Assembly: GCF_001194135.2 (NCBI RefSeq)
Contig: NC_068984.1
Span: forward strand, 18,168,698-18,232,697
Reading direction: 5' to 3'
From: Octopus bimaculoides
Taxonomy: Eukaryota
Length of the DNA stretch: 64,000 nucleotides
Below the pieces are notes generated by a model. The model had not been told where the DNA came from. It did not search any database and saw only the letters and a program-made list of their open reading frames with translations. The position numbers and the translations under genes were made by a program. Shown in pieces: positions 51,000 through 63,835 of the stretch. Each line of letters opens with the position of its first letter. Within the stretch, counting starts at the first letter, position 1.

Positions 51000-51470
51000 G
51001 CTCTACTGGAGTTGACTTGGGGCCCAAACAGCAATAACTGTTGATACAGATAATGACATTTGTAAACTCTAAATACCATAGAAGCAGTATGAGAAAATAT
51101 TTCATGAAATTTCTGTTAATATCACTTGAAAGATTTTGTAGAATGACACATGAGATTGGTGAATATTTGGATGCCTCACTCAACTTCACATTCAGAATAA
51201 TAGGAGCAAGTTCTCTTAGGAGACCAATTACCAAATAATATACATTAGTATGAGATCTAATCACTCATTCAATACTGTCTGAGGCACAACATGTAAATCA
51301 ATAAATATGTTGGTTTTGCTTCAATGAAACAATATTTGACCGGGCATAAAATTATGAATTACTAGCCAAGACCAAAAGCAAGAACATCATTGCTTGGTTT
51401 AACCCCTCATTTAATGTGATTGTCCACACTTGTATAAATAAAGCAATTCTTCAACCTAAGCAGTTACATA
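51000..51470 (+). mobile_element. Degenerate Penelope-like element reverse transcriptase remnant
   Basis: EYLDASLNF (xFLDVTLxL-like), YISMRSNHS (YxxxxSNHP-like) and KNIIAWFNPSF (RNIIWFNPPF-like) occur in the expected order with stops and frameshifts. Confidence 0.55.
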
Positions 51471-52384
51471 TATCGAAGTGTCTTATGGGTTTAAAGTTAT
51501 GTGAGGTTACAATACACCAGAGTAATGAGAATGAATATAACAATCAAAGGGAACAATACACTAGCAACTAACAAGAGTTAAGCTCCTTGGTCAACTTTTG
51601 TTTAAAGGAAAATGTCTCTCACATCAATATAAGCCAGCAAGCTATGTTCCAGCTAAAAATGACAGTCAAATCTCCCATTCTCATTCCTAACTGTTTCACA
51701 TCCACTGAAGGTTACTAACATCTACACAGATATCTACATGGTTTGAAAGCTGTAATTCCAAACTAATAGGCTTTGGAAACTTATCTTCAGGATATTTTGT
51801 TGGTGTAGCAGTTTTTGAGTATTATGTAGGGAAAAATAATGTGTTAAAATAGAATGCATTTAACATTGATCTGATTTGAAATTGGTGCATGTCCTGTCTT
51901 ATATACGACTGTTAATTTGGTGAGAAATATGTTGATGGTTGCTAAACGCCTTTATTAGTTATTTGCTTGAATTTTTACCTTAATAAGCAAAATAAAAAAA
52001 CTGATAGCTGTAAACTTCACATATCTAGTTCACATAAAGAAGCACTCTTCCTCTGGAATTTTAATATTACCAGAATAAATAAAAATTTTAGCTATGAGAA
52101 ATATTTTCCATTAGCTAGCTACCTAGAAAATTCAGAAAAGGAATGCTTCAAAAGATGTTTTAATTATTAAAACTGAAAATGCTGTTCATCTTATAAAAGT
52201 ATTCTTCTTTTGACTTATTTGTTAACAGACTGTTCTTGTCATAAGGTATTTTAATGGAAGGCAATTTTAAGATGCTAAACTTTTTGAGAGAGGGCTAGTT
52301 TCCTTTTTCTTTCTTCAGTTTGTTTTAGCTTACATCTCTCTCCTTCCCATTCCATATATAGAAATATATACACACACACACACT

Positions 52385-52640
52385 TCATCATCATCATCAT
52401 CATCATCATCTTCTTTCAATGTGTATTTTCTATACTAGCAATGGTTGGACAGCTTGCCTGGAGCGAGTAAGGCCGGTGGCCGCACCAGATACCATTGTCT
52501 ATTCTGATATAGTCTCTATGGTTGGATGTCCTTCCGAATGCCAATCACTTTACAGTGTGTACTGGGTGCTTTTTATGTGGCACTAGCACAAGTGTCAATT
52601 CTGCTATGAGGAAGAGGTCTTCTTGAGTACAGCAAAGCAC
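52385..52640 (-). mobile_element. Repeat family C copy
   Basis: (CAT)n tail, then ggatgtccttcc...ccaatcactttacagtgtgtactgggtgctttttatgtggcac. Confidence 0.65.
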
Positions 52641-52651
52641 CAGATATCTCA

Positions 52652-52729
<78 letters not shown>

Positions 52730-53267
52730 ATTAAGAAAGAGAGAGAGAGAGAGAGAGATAATGGCCAGGCTAGCCTCATGCCACTCTGAATTTCTGCTCT
52801 TTGGGTACACAGTTTCTCCAGACAATTTACCACACACACACATATAGACATTGACATACATTTATAAATTTTATTTATATAACTAGGTTTTCTATGATTC
52901 AGGTTCAAACCAATAAACCTGAAGTCTCTCCTAAAATGATTGATAAGATTGCATATATGTGTGTGTAAGTGAAGGGATTGATGAGAAACAGTATATAATA
53001 ATAAAAAAAAAAAATCTAGTATTTATTAAAGGATGTCAGTTAAAGGCTGCACTGTACAACATTTGCACTTCTTGAAAGATCCCGAATTGCTGGCAGTTTG
53101 TCATTTCTCCAGCTGTACCCCCTTATGAAGACATGTGAAATAATTAAGATCCCTTACTTGAAAAACAGGTGAGGATTAGCAACAGGAAGGGCATCCAACT
53201 GTAAAAAAAATGCCTCAGTAATATATTTGTCTAACCTAACAGTTCTCAGCCATTTTTTACCTCTCTC

Positions 53268-53472
53268 TTTACTCTTTTACTTGTTTCAGTCATTTGACTG
53301 CAGCCATGCTGGAGCACCGCCTTTAGTCGAGCAAATCGACCCCAGGACTTATTCTTTGGATACCTAGTACTTATTCTATCAGTCTCTTTTGCCAAACCGC
53401 TAAGTTATGGGGACGTAAACACACCAGCATCAGTTGTCAAGCAATGTTGGGGGAACAAACACAGACATACAA

Positions 53473-53511
<39 letters not shown>

Positions 53512-53675
53512 GGATGGGCTTCTTTCAGTTTCCGTCTACCAAATCCACTCACAAGACTTTGGTTGGCCTGAGGCTATAGTAGAAGACACTCGCCCAAGGT
53601 GCCACGCAGTGGGACTGAACCCGGAACCATGTTGTTCGTAAGCAAGCTACTTACCACACAGCCACTCCTGCGCCT
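53268..53675 (-). mobile_element. SINE family A, full-length, well-preserved copy
   Basis: Complete from ttactcttttacttgtttcagtc to ccacacagccactcctgcgcct, with several CpGs retained. Confidence 0.9.
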
Positions 53676-54429
53676 GATTAAATATTATATTATTAAGAAT
53701 TGTATAGAAAGATGTTAAAAATATTTTGTGTATTATAAAAGTATAACCAGTTTATTTGACATAAATTTCAGCAACAGAATCTTAAGTGGATTGTTAAGGG
53801 TCATATGGTCCCCAGTTGAGAACCCCTGGAATCCATACTTGCATTGAAAAATGAACATAAAAAACAAACGTATTGCTAATCAAAACTAGAAATCTTATTC
53901 AAAGGGTTCAGTTGAGAAACCAACCCAGCAAAACATTATGTTATGTCTCAGTGATAACAGAATCATCAATGCAAGGAGATCTTGCTTCTCGTGCTATTTG
54001 AACCAATATATTAATGTATAAAGCCATGCTGCTATGCTGCACAGGAGAGAAACAGAAAGATAGAGAGAGAGAGAGAGAGAGAGGAGGTGGGAATATCCCT
54101 CTCTAGCAAAGTGTGCCAGTGAACTGTCAGATATAAGTGAAACAAAATAACATAGCAGCATTACATGTTGATTCACAGTAATGTTAACAGATGACAGCAC
54201 CATACTATGGTGCATTTCCTTTCAGTTAATCCTGGGAAGGTTGTCAAAGCTTGCATTAAAAGGGAAATATTTTTAGAACTGGGACAAAAGCCAAACAGCA
54301 AAAGCAAAGACTTGGTATTTTGTTTTTACTGCTAGACAAAGAACATTTTAAAATGCCACTATATATATGTATGTATAATAAAAATGGTTTTTGTATTATC
54401 TTACATCATAGTTTTGACCAAGCAGTGCA

Positions 54430-54492
54430 TCTCTCTCTCTCTCTCTTCTCTTCTACTCACATTCTCTGTCACCCCATCCCCATATTAATCTC

Positions 54493-54552
<60 letters not shown>

Positions 54553-54906
54553 GCACACACATACACACTCTTCCTGCTGTTGCTGTCACATTCATCCCCT
54601 GAAATGCTTGTTCATTCTTTACATTTCATTCTAATTCTCCCATTCTTAAACTGGCATGCATGCAGATGCGATGCGCATACACTCACTCCTGCAGGCATGT
54701 GCATGCTGTTGCACATGAAAACTCTTTCGCATCTTGCTCACACACTTTCACTGTCTTCCTCTCTCTCATTTTCCCCCAGGCTCTTTCACTCTCAATTATT
54801 CTCTCTCTCTCTCTTTCTATTATTTTGTGTGTGTGTATGTATGTATATATATATATACACACATATATATAATTCTCTCTCTTTCTTGCTATCATTCTCT
54901 CTATTA

Positions 54907-54942
<36 letters not shown>

Positions 54943-55160
54943 CTTTCATTTTGTCCTCTCGTTTTCTCTCACTATCTTATACCATCTCTCTCTCTCTTTC
55001 TCACAAGCTCCCTCCCTGCCTTTCTAAATCTCTCTCTCCCCCTCTCCCATTCATTCTTTCATTCTGTCCTCTCGTTTTCTCTCACTAACTTATTCCATCT
55101 CTTTCTCTCTCTTTTTCTCACAAGCTCCCCCCCTCTCTCTCTCTCTTTCTCTCCATTTCC
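54430..55160. repeat. CT-rich low-complexity tract with an internal ~90-bp duplication
   Basis: ttctttcattt/ctgtcctctcgttttctctcact...ttctcacaagctccc occurs twice. Source of the spurious 201-aa ORF. Confidence 0.85.
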
Positions 55161-55589
55161 CTTCATCCCACCCACACCAAAGTAACCTATAATTTACCAC
55201 TTAACTTAAATGTTGAATATTATCAGACATGATATATACTTCATTCTCAAATCAGATTTATGCGATATGGTTGTGGCATTGGCCTACAACATAAATCTCA
55301 AATCATTCTCTATATTTCTTCTTTACCTGTCATTCTCATTTGTCTTCAATTTTTCTGAAGAATGATATCAGAAATAGCATATTATACTTATGTATATGTC
55401 ACACCTGTCATGTCTTCCTGTAAAATTCTATTTGCTTGTGTATTACACACACTATACAATTCTTATAAACAACGCATGCAAAATAGTCTGGAGGTTAGAA
55501 TTATGCACTAACAATCGCAAGATTCTGGTTTCAATTCCTGGACCAAGTGGTGCATTGTGTTCTTCAGCAAAACACATCTCCTGCTGCTC

Positions 55590-55885
55590 TGTGATAGCTT
55601 GAACACCTGTTGCCAGTGCTGCTGGACTGGGTCCTGTGCAGGTGGCACGTAAAAAACACCATTTGAGCGTGGCCGTTGCCAATACCGCCTGACTGGCCCT
55701 TGTGCCGGTGGCACGTCAAAGCACCCACTGCACTGTCGGAGTTGTTGGCGTTAGGAAGGGCATCCGGCTGTAGAAACTCTGCCAGATCAGATTGGAGCCT
55801 GGTGCAGCCATCTGGTTCACCAGTCCTCAGTCAAATCATCCAACCCATGCTAGCATGGAAAGCGGACGTTAAATGATGATGATGA
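55590..55885 (+). mobile_element. Repeat family C, well-preserved copy
   Basis: ggcgttaggaagggcatccggctgtagaaactctgccagatcagattggagcctggtgcagcc...catggaaagcggacgttaaatgatgatgatg. Confidence 0.85.
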
Positions 55886-55893
55886 TATATTTA

Positions 55894-55946
<53 letters not shown>

Positions 55947-56397
55947 NNNNNNNNNNNNNNNNNNNNNNNNNNNNNNNNNNNNNNNNNNNNNNNNNNNNNN
56001 NNNNNNNNNNNNNNNNNNNNNNNNNNNNNNNNNNNNNNNNNNNNNNNNNNNNNNNNNNNNNNNNNNNNNNNNNNNNNNNNNNNNNNNNNNNNNNNNNNNN
56101 NNNNNNNNNNNNNNNNNNNNNNNNNNNNNNNNNNNNNNNNNNNNNNNNNNNNNNNNNNNNNNNNNNNNNNNNNNNNNNNNNNNNNNNNNNNNNNNNNNNN
56201 NNNNNNNNNNNNNNNNNNNNNNNNNNNNNNNNNNNNNNNNNNNNNNNNNNNNNNNNNNNNNNNNNNNNNNNNNNNNNNNNNNNNNNNNNNNNNNNNNNNN
56301 NNNNNNNNNNNNNNNNNNNNNNNNNNNNNNNNNNNNNNNNNNNNNNNNNNNNNNNNNNNNNNNNNNNNNNNNNNNNNNNNNNNNNNNNNNNNNNNNN
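55947..56397. other. Assembly gap (other gaps: 10931-10940, 25085-25094, 26963-27073, 57578-57587)
   Basis: N runs, mostly within (TA)n tracts. Confidence 1.
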
Positions 56398-57134
56398 ATA
56401 TATATATATATATATATATATAGATAGATATAGATACATATACATGTGTGTATGTCTATATACACACATGTGTACGTGCAAACTTTTGCAGCTGGTACAA
56501 ACATAGTCACATACCTATGATAAAAATCAACTGAAATCTGTGTTTCATTTCATTTCCTAAGTGGCTTAGCTAAAGGAGAAAAATATTGTTTGTTCAATCA
56601 AGCTTAAGATGTAAATTTATTCAGAAATGAAAATAGGTATACTTTTTTGTTGTGCAGCAGAAACTATAGAAGGCGAGCTTTCTCTTGTTCCATTATTTGA
56701 GGTGGGTTTCTTATCCATGATTTTGTTTGTTCTGCATTCTTAACCAAGCATCATCTTTTTAAAGCTTACACTTAGAAAATAAAATAGATTTTAAATGTGG
56801 TTTTCGAAGTGTTTTAATAAGTTTATAAATTTCGATATATTGAAAATTTTCTAATATGAGAATGAAAGGAAGGAAAAAAAAAAAAAAGAAGAATGATTTG
56901 CATGCACACAATATACTCATAAATGCATTCATATAAAAATATAAATATACATGCATTTATTTCTATTGTTGTTGTAGTTATTATTAAAGTATATATGATT
57001 TGTAACATTTGAAATATTGAAATTCAGTAGTTTTAAATTTTATTTCGTTGCAGAAAAGCAAAAGGATTTCTTCTTGTTTGAAGCCCCTTTGACATGTTGT
57101 TTATGAAAAATATTAAGTTTGAATATTTTATATA

Positions 57135-57545
57135 TATGTGTGTGTGTATGTGTGTAGGAGAGAGAGAGAGAGATATGCATATAAAGAGATATATTTATAG
57201 ATAACTGTGTGTGTGTGTGTAATACACACATATGAATATAGATGTGTGTGTGCCTATGTATATATACACACACAGACATATATATATATATATATAGAGA
57301 GAGAGATGTACACGCAGATGTGTGTGTATATATGTATATATATACACACACACACACACACACATGTATATGTGTGTGTGTGTGTAGGAGAGAGAGAGAG
57401 ATATGCATATAAGGGGATATATTTATAGATAGCTGTGTGTGTCTGTGTGTAATACACACATGAATACAGATGTATGTGTGCCTATGTATGTATGTTTGTA
57501 TATACACACACACACACATATTTAAAGAGAGATGTACACACAGGT
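57135..57545. repeat. Tandem ~230-bp duplication of a microsatellite mosaic
   Basis: taggagagagagagagatatgcatataa...atatatttatagata.ctgtgtg...gtaatacacaca at 57155 and 57385. Confidence 0.8.
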
Positions 57546-59677
57546 CTGTGTGTATGTATTATGTACATATATATATANNNNNNNNNNATGTATATGTGTG
57601 TGTGTGTATGTATATGTATATATATATATGCATGCATATATACAAAGTAGTGTGTGTGTTCGTATACACACACACATTTATATGAATGAGAGAGAGAGTG
57701 GGAGTGAACGGGGAGCTGTGTATAATGATATAGATGTGTGTTTGCATAGGAAATGTAGAGAAACCGAAAGAAGTGTGTTGTATGACAAAGGTGAGAATCA
57801 TGATAAACATGAATTTAGGGAGGAAAAAAAACTAAAAAAAACCCTGTGAAGATGTGTTTGGAACATGATAATATCTTGACATGAGGTTTATTCTCAAGTA
57901 AACATGGTGGCACAACATAAAAGAAAGGGAAAATAACACAAACAAAACAGCTTGCTTATCATGAACTCTTGGGAAATGTTCAATTACATTTCTTTGAATT
58001 AAAAACGAAAAATAAAATATGTTAAATGCTGACAGAGAAGTTTATTGAAGTTCAGATATCTTGTTTATCGTTTTAGCTTTTGATTTGGTTGTAGGGTTTT
58101 GTGTGTGTGTGTGGTTTGTGCAAAGGGATTTTTTATTTCTTCATTTATGGATATTTTGTTTGGTTAGTTCAGACAGAGGCTCATTAATGCTTGAAGCAGA
58201 AGATACAGTTTTTTTGTTTTTTAAAGGAGTTTGGTGAATATATTTCAGTAAAGCAACATATTTCTAACTATAAAAACTAAATTTCTCTTTTGATATAATA
58301 AACTTTCTGGTTTATAGATAATTATTGGCTGCTATACCTCCACCTCAATCTCTATCCCTATTGTACTCTCTCTCTCTCTCTCTCTCTCTCTTTCCAAGAA
58401 AAGTGCTTCTTGAAAAAAAAGAAGTCAACTATAGCACTCATTATTCTTTCACATTGTCCCTATCCAACAGTCATTGGTTGGAGAGAAAATTTCCAGCTGG
58501 ATAATATGCATAGATTCTCTCAGATATATATCTAGTCATAAATATATACGAGGAGTCTAGCTTCAAAGTAACTCAAGGCTGTTAGGGAAAGAAGAAAAAA
58601 AAAAATGTAACCGCAGCCTTGCTTCTACTTGAATCAAAGATAAATTGATTTCTTACCCAAAGATAAATTGATTGATTTTTATTTTTCTGTTCTTTTCTTT
58701 TCTTTCTTTTCTTTTTCCTATCCTTTGACAGCCTTAGATAGGTTTGAACCTATGATCAAGATTCCACCGATATATTTTTGATATTTGCTTCTTATTTCAA
58801 AAGTAATATCTTAAGATGATAAGTTTATTTATTGACAGGAGGAATATTTGTTTATGAGAATAACTAATTTACTGAACTCTCTCTGAAAGTATGTTAGATG
58901 CAGCTGCATGCATTCTGTTACTTCTGGCTTGTTTTGATACAAACGATAGATTATTTGCTACTCTATATTATCAGGTAATGCATCTACTTGCATAGAGGTT
59001 GCATATTTTGTGCGAGTAACTTGAAGATAAGATATTTTATCTTACATCAAGATATTTGTAAATCTTGTTACATTTATGTCCAACTATAGATTTGGCTAAC
59101 AATATCTTTACTGTGAGTAGTTGATATAAATGTATACACTTTATACTTTATACCTTCAAGTCATAAAACTATGGAAATTCGTCTGAAGTTCAATATTGAA
59201 TAACAAATGTATTCTCAGTCTACAAGATAGAATAATGCATACAGGCTGTGTTTAAAGAAAACTTTAGCTAAATTTATTAATTAGCCTATAAATTAAGAGA
59301 AACTAGACCATAATTATGGATATTAGTTCCCAAGTGGTTTTAAAATATCTGGTAGAGCTAAAATAAATTGATTTTTCTAAGCTATTTCTGTTATCAATAT
59401 TTTTATTTTTGCGTATATATATATCATATGATTAAGAACTTGTGTTGTTGTATTGAAAAAAATAGCAACACCTTATATAACTGGCTTTACAATTGTTCAA
59501 TTTATAAGTAATGTCAAATATTGGTATTTCTTCTAATCAATTTTTCAGATATACAAGGTAGTTTTATCTAGTGTTTTCCTTAGATTAGATTTATGCTCCA
59601 ACTCCCATTATATTGCTTATAATTTTTTTTTATTTTTAAGAATTACACATTTTTTTATGTTGTATTTGAGTTTTTAT

Positions 59678-59770
<93 letters not shown>
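59678..59770. repeat. (TA)n microsatellite
   Basis: Direct reading. Confidence 0.95.
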
Positions 59771-59773
<3 letters not shown>

Positions 59774-59853
59774 TGAGAATTTACAAAAAGATGACGACAG
59801 GTGTGTAAACAACAAAGAGATGTATTAGTTTAATGCTCAGGAAGTGAGAAAGT

Positions 59854-59889
59854 CTTTTACATTTCGAGCCTATGCTCTTCAACAGAAAG
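59854..59889 (-). ncRNA. Minimal type I hammerhead variant (left arm)
   Basis: Minus strand: CUUU CUGUUGA A GAGC AUAG GCUC GAAAU GUA^AAAG. A6U core change, and C15.2U gives a U-G wobble. Confidence 0.5.
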
Positions 59890-60231
59890 GAACACAAATA
59901 TAGAATAAAAGAAACAGAAAGTACAAAAAAGTTTAGAACGGTTCAAAAGGTTCAAATGTTGTGGTGTATTGGAGCGATTTCTCATTAACGGAAGAGTCCA
60001 GTGTAATCCATAGGTAGGAGAGGTGCAGCCAAAGTGTAGGAGAGTAGAAAATCCAGGTAGAATAGTCCAAGAAAAGTTCAAAGTGTTATAAGGGGGAGAC
60101 AGGATAAAACTGGTGTGACCATGTGAGCATGTAATATATAGTGAGAATTTACAAAAAAAAAAAACAAAAGACAAAGATGGGTATGCTGGTCCGCTAAATT
60201 TACAAGTGTTTTTTCATTATTTCTCTTATTC

Positions 60232-60267
60232 CTTTCTGTTGAAGAGCATAGGCTCGAAACGTAAAAG
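60232..60267 (+). ncRNA. Minimal type I hammerhead variant (right arm)
   Basis: CUUU CUGUUGA A GAGC AUAG GCUC GAAAC GUA^AAAG: 4-bp stem I, 4-bp stem II, loopless palindromic ACGU stem III (dimer type), GUA triplet. Confidence 0.6.
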
Positions 60268-61496
60268 ACGTTTTCATTTTCCCACGTGTCAAACTAATAC
60301 ACCTGCTTGTTGTTCATACATATCTGTGTGTTCGTGTGTGTGTCACTGCTGACGTAACAAGGAGGAGCTTATTAGCTTAAGTTCTGTGGCAACCTTCCTA
60401 TGATGAAGAAAGAAGTGGACCATCAAAAGCATTATATTAACCAGTTACTTGGACACACCAGCCAATAGCTTTAAAATGCCTTAAGTGAGACGGGAATGAC
60501 ATATGCATGTCAGGAATTGCAAGATGTTCTTGATCCACTGACACACATGCTCATGCACACAGACGTATTATTGGAGTGGATTTCCATCACACACACACAC
60601 ACACATACTCATCTTATGTCTCTCCTAACATACCAAATCTCTTGAAGTGTAACTGAACAAGAACCTGCTCTTTTAGACACTTATAATGCCATACCATTTT
60701 GGAAATACAATCTATGTTATGTACATGAAGCAAGAACTGGAACCTCTGTACAGTCATTTGAATTGTTAGAAATAGAAGTCAAATCTCCTTTGAGAGAGTG
60801 CAAGTGCAGTTATGTAATTACAAAGTTTGCATTTCGGTTACAGCATGTTAGATTTTATCCAACTGCACTTTACCTTAGGCTAGTGTTTTTTTCTTCCATC
60901 TCTTGAAATTGACCAATAGATTGTAAGTGGAAATTGCTGGAAAGAAAATGTGAAGAAGCCTACTGTTTGTGTGTGTGCACATGTGAATGTGCACATTTGT
61001 GTGTAACTTTGGCCAGTGTATTTTGGTGAAGTCTCTAAATACCGATGAAAATATTGAAAATCCTCTGCTTCACAAATGAAGTATTTGGAAGTATTTCATT
61101 AGCCTTAAGCTAGGCACTCCCTTGTTAGCTTTTCACTGTCAAAAATGCAGTGATTAACTTGCTGGAAGCCTGTAACCAAGAACACTGGTCACAAATGGCA
61201 ATATAAAATAACAGCCTACAATCTTAAAAATAGGACAGAGACAGACAAACTCTCTCACTATCTCTCTGTCTGTGTGTGTGTCTCTCTCTCTCTCTAGCTC
61301 TCTCTCACACACACACCCACACACACAGAAAAGAGAGAGAGAGAGAATACTGGGCAGTGTAATCCGAGATACATTGTATGATAGAAAATGATATCAGGAT
61401 AACCCCTGGAATAACTTTGATTACAAATGTGCTATATCAGGACTGACCTGGACAAAACCACATTAACTCTTTGGTATTCAAACTATTCGGTCAAAA

Positions 61497-61866
61497 GTAA
61501 TGCTTATTTATTCACATTGTTTTGAATTGATCATGCTTTATTTCCTACCTTCAAGATTTTGATAATATGGTAGTTTGTTTTTAGAATGGCTTTGTAGGGT
61601 AGATGTGAGAGGCTGGATCTGGCCAATTTGAATAGAAAACAGGTAGAATATTTTGACTAGATATGGTCAGCTTTACCCTTTAGCATTTAAACCAGCCATA
61701 TCTGGCCAAAGTATTCTGACTCTTTTATGTTCAAACTGGCCAGATTCAACATCTCATACCAACCCTACAATGTCATTCTAAAAATATACAATCACATCAT
61801 TGAAATCTTGAAACTATGACATAATGCATGATTAAATTCAAAACACTGTGAATAAACAAGCATTAC
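61497..61866. mobile_element. Diverged inverted pair of the piggyBac-like repeat also found at 39907
   Basis: 178-nt arms (61497-61674 / 61689-61866) align, e.g. gtaatgcttatttattcac versus gtgaataaacaagcattac, around an accctttagcattt spacer. Confidence 0.6.
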
Positions 61867-63635
61867 TCAAGCAACATCTTATTAGTTACAGTCTACTTGA
61901 TTGAGTTATTTATCTAAAATTTCATAATATTGATTTATATTAAGCCCAGTGTGCTCTGCTTTCACCCTCCTCTCTTGCACTGCTTGTTACCTCCCTGTTT
62001 CATACCATCTACCATTCCTACTCTTGCTCACATTCCTCTACACATCTTGGGTATTTGTCCTTGGTCTGTCCCCTGGCTCACATAGACTGCTGTTATTGTC
62101 CTGTTGTCTTGAATATAGGTACCTATCTCAGAATAAGAACTACTCCTACTACTAATGCCTCTGTTACTCAGGTCTCTCACTCTGTAAAGAGGATGGAAAG
62201 CAAACAGACATGGGATTGTACAGTCCCTTTAAAAATGCACCCCCTCAATATACCCTGTAAAGAAGGTTGTTGTGAATATTCTTTAGTCTTGTTGAGGACA
62301 TGACACCTCTATTGTGTTGGTGTTACAAAAAAAAAATGACCAAAAAAAAAAACCACCCAGTACACTCTGTAAAGTGGTTAGTGTTAATAAGGGCACCCAG
62401 CTGTAGAAACCATGCCAAAAAATGAAAGGCCTGCAAGATGGGGTCCCTCAAACTGTCTTTGTAAGCAGTACCCCAAAAATATATGTTGGCTCTGACTGTG
62501 GTAACCAATGCCAACATGAAAACAGTTGTAAAATGAAGATGGTGGTACTGGTGATGACAATGATGATGATGGTGGTGGTGGTGGTGGTGGTTAGTGTAAG
62601 ATATCTATGGAAAAGGAAGCACAAATATTTACTATAAAGACAATCAAAGGGTTGTGTAGCTTTTGAATTTATATCAACTGCTACATGGTTTGCTTTTGTT
62701 TTTGATTTCTGCGTATGCCCTTTAACTTTTTGTGCAAAAATATTGTTTTTATACAAGGTGCAGTCTCGCGCTTGGAAAATTAATCAATAATTTTGTGTTA
62801 ACCTTTGCAGTCTCAATATTAGTGATGGAGGTTATTATAGTCTGAATGTATAGTTTTATAGAAAGCACTAGGAAAGAAAATTTTCACACTATTTCTACCA
62901 TTTGATAATTCACAATGTTTTGGTGTTGGTTTTTCCTAGTTCTATATTTACCATGATGTTAAATATATGAATATATTGATGTATATGTTTATTAGAAAGA
63001 TGTTAATAAAATCTGTCATTTATATAATATTCATTTTAGCAATGTGTCAACCTTTGTTAGTAAATTAGCCTTTGGAAAATACTTTTCTCTATCATTATTC
63101 AATATTTATGTTTTTTTCTTTCTTTCTTCTGTTATTGGTCAGGAAATCTATATCTTAGGATATCAATTAACATCTAGAATGATCTGTGCATAGGCTTCTG
63201 TTAGATATTCTGGTTATTCTTTGATAATCTGATCAAGCAATGTATGGTTAGAAAACTACACAATTTAATCAGCGTCAACATTTTTTTTTTCTTTTTTTTT
63301 TGCTTTGATTTACATCTAGATTATTAATAAGCTTTTAGCTTGATAGGACTAAGTGGCTGTTGTGCAATCCCAGATCAGATCTGATTAAGCAGATTCTGTG
63401 ATTAGACATTTCTGTTGTGATTATCTTGTCTTTTTGTTTTAAGCATGGTTAATCCAGGACAACAGCTTTGAAAGTGTCCTTGCTTACATTAGCCATTGTC
63501 GTTCTTCTCCTAAAATGGTAGCATGTGGTTTGAGGGAATTTGACTGCTATTTCTTACAAGTTGTGCAGCCATGTGAGGATTCGCTGTTGGCTCATAATAA
63601 GCAGTTTAATCAACTACCCACATCAAATATAGTAT

Positions 63636-63804
63636 AGGCACAGGCATAGCTGTGTGGTAAGAAACTTGCTTCACAAACACATGATTCCAGGTTCAGTCCC
63701 ACTACATGTCACCTTGGGCAATTGTTTTCTACTACAGCCTTGGGCCAGTGAGAGCCTTCTGAGAGGATTTGGTAGACAGAAGACAGAAACTGAAAGAAGT
63801 CTGC

Positions 63805-63835
<31 letters not shown>

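Larger units (their letters stand above)
59771..60326. mobile_element. Second palindromic element with minimal hammerhead-variant motifs in both arms (Penelope pseudo-LTR-like)
   Basis: 59852-59892 and 60229-60269 are reverse complements at 40/41 nt, with looser symmetry outward. Internal direct repeat tagtgagaatttacaaaaa at 59771 and 60139. Confidence 0.75.

Noticed and set aside
54580-55185. 201-aa ORF and other long ORFs (25285-25752, 55869-56510, 57040-57519, 22400-23865 set)
   Set aside because: Translations of CT/TA/CA microsatellites or N-gaps.
63125-63170. ggtcaggaaatctat as a possible next KIF13 exon (GSGKS)
   Set aside because: Does not translate to SGKSYTMMG and lacks an AG acceptor. 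The next exon is probably beyond the window.
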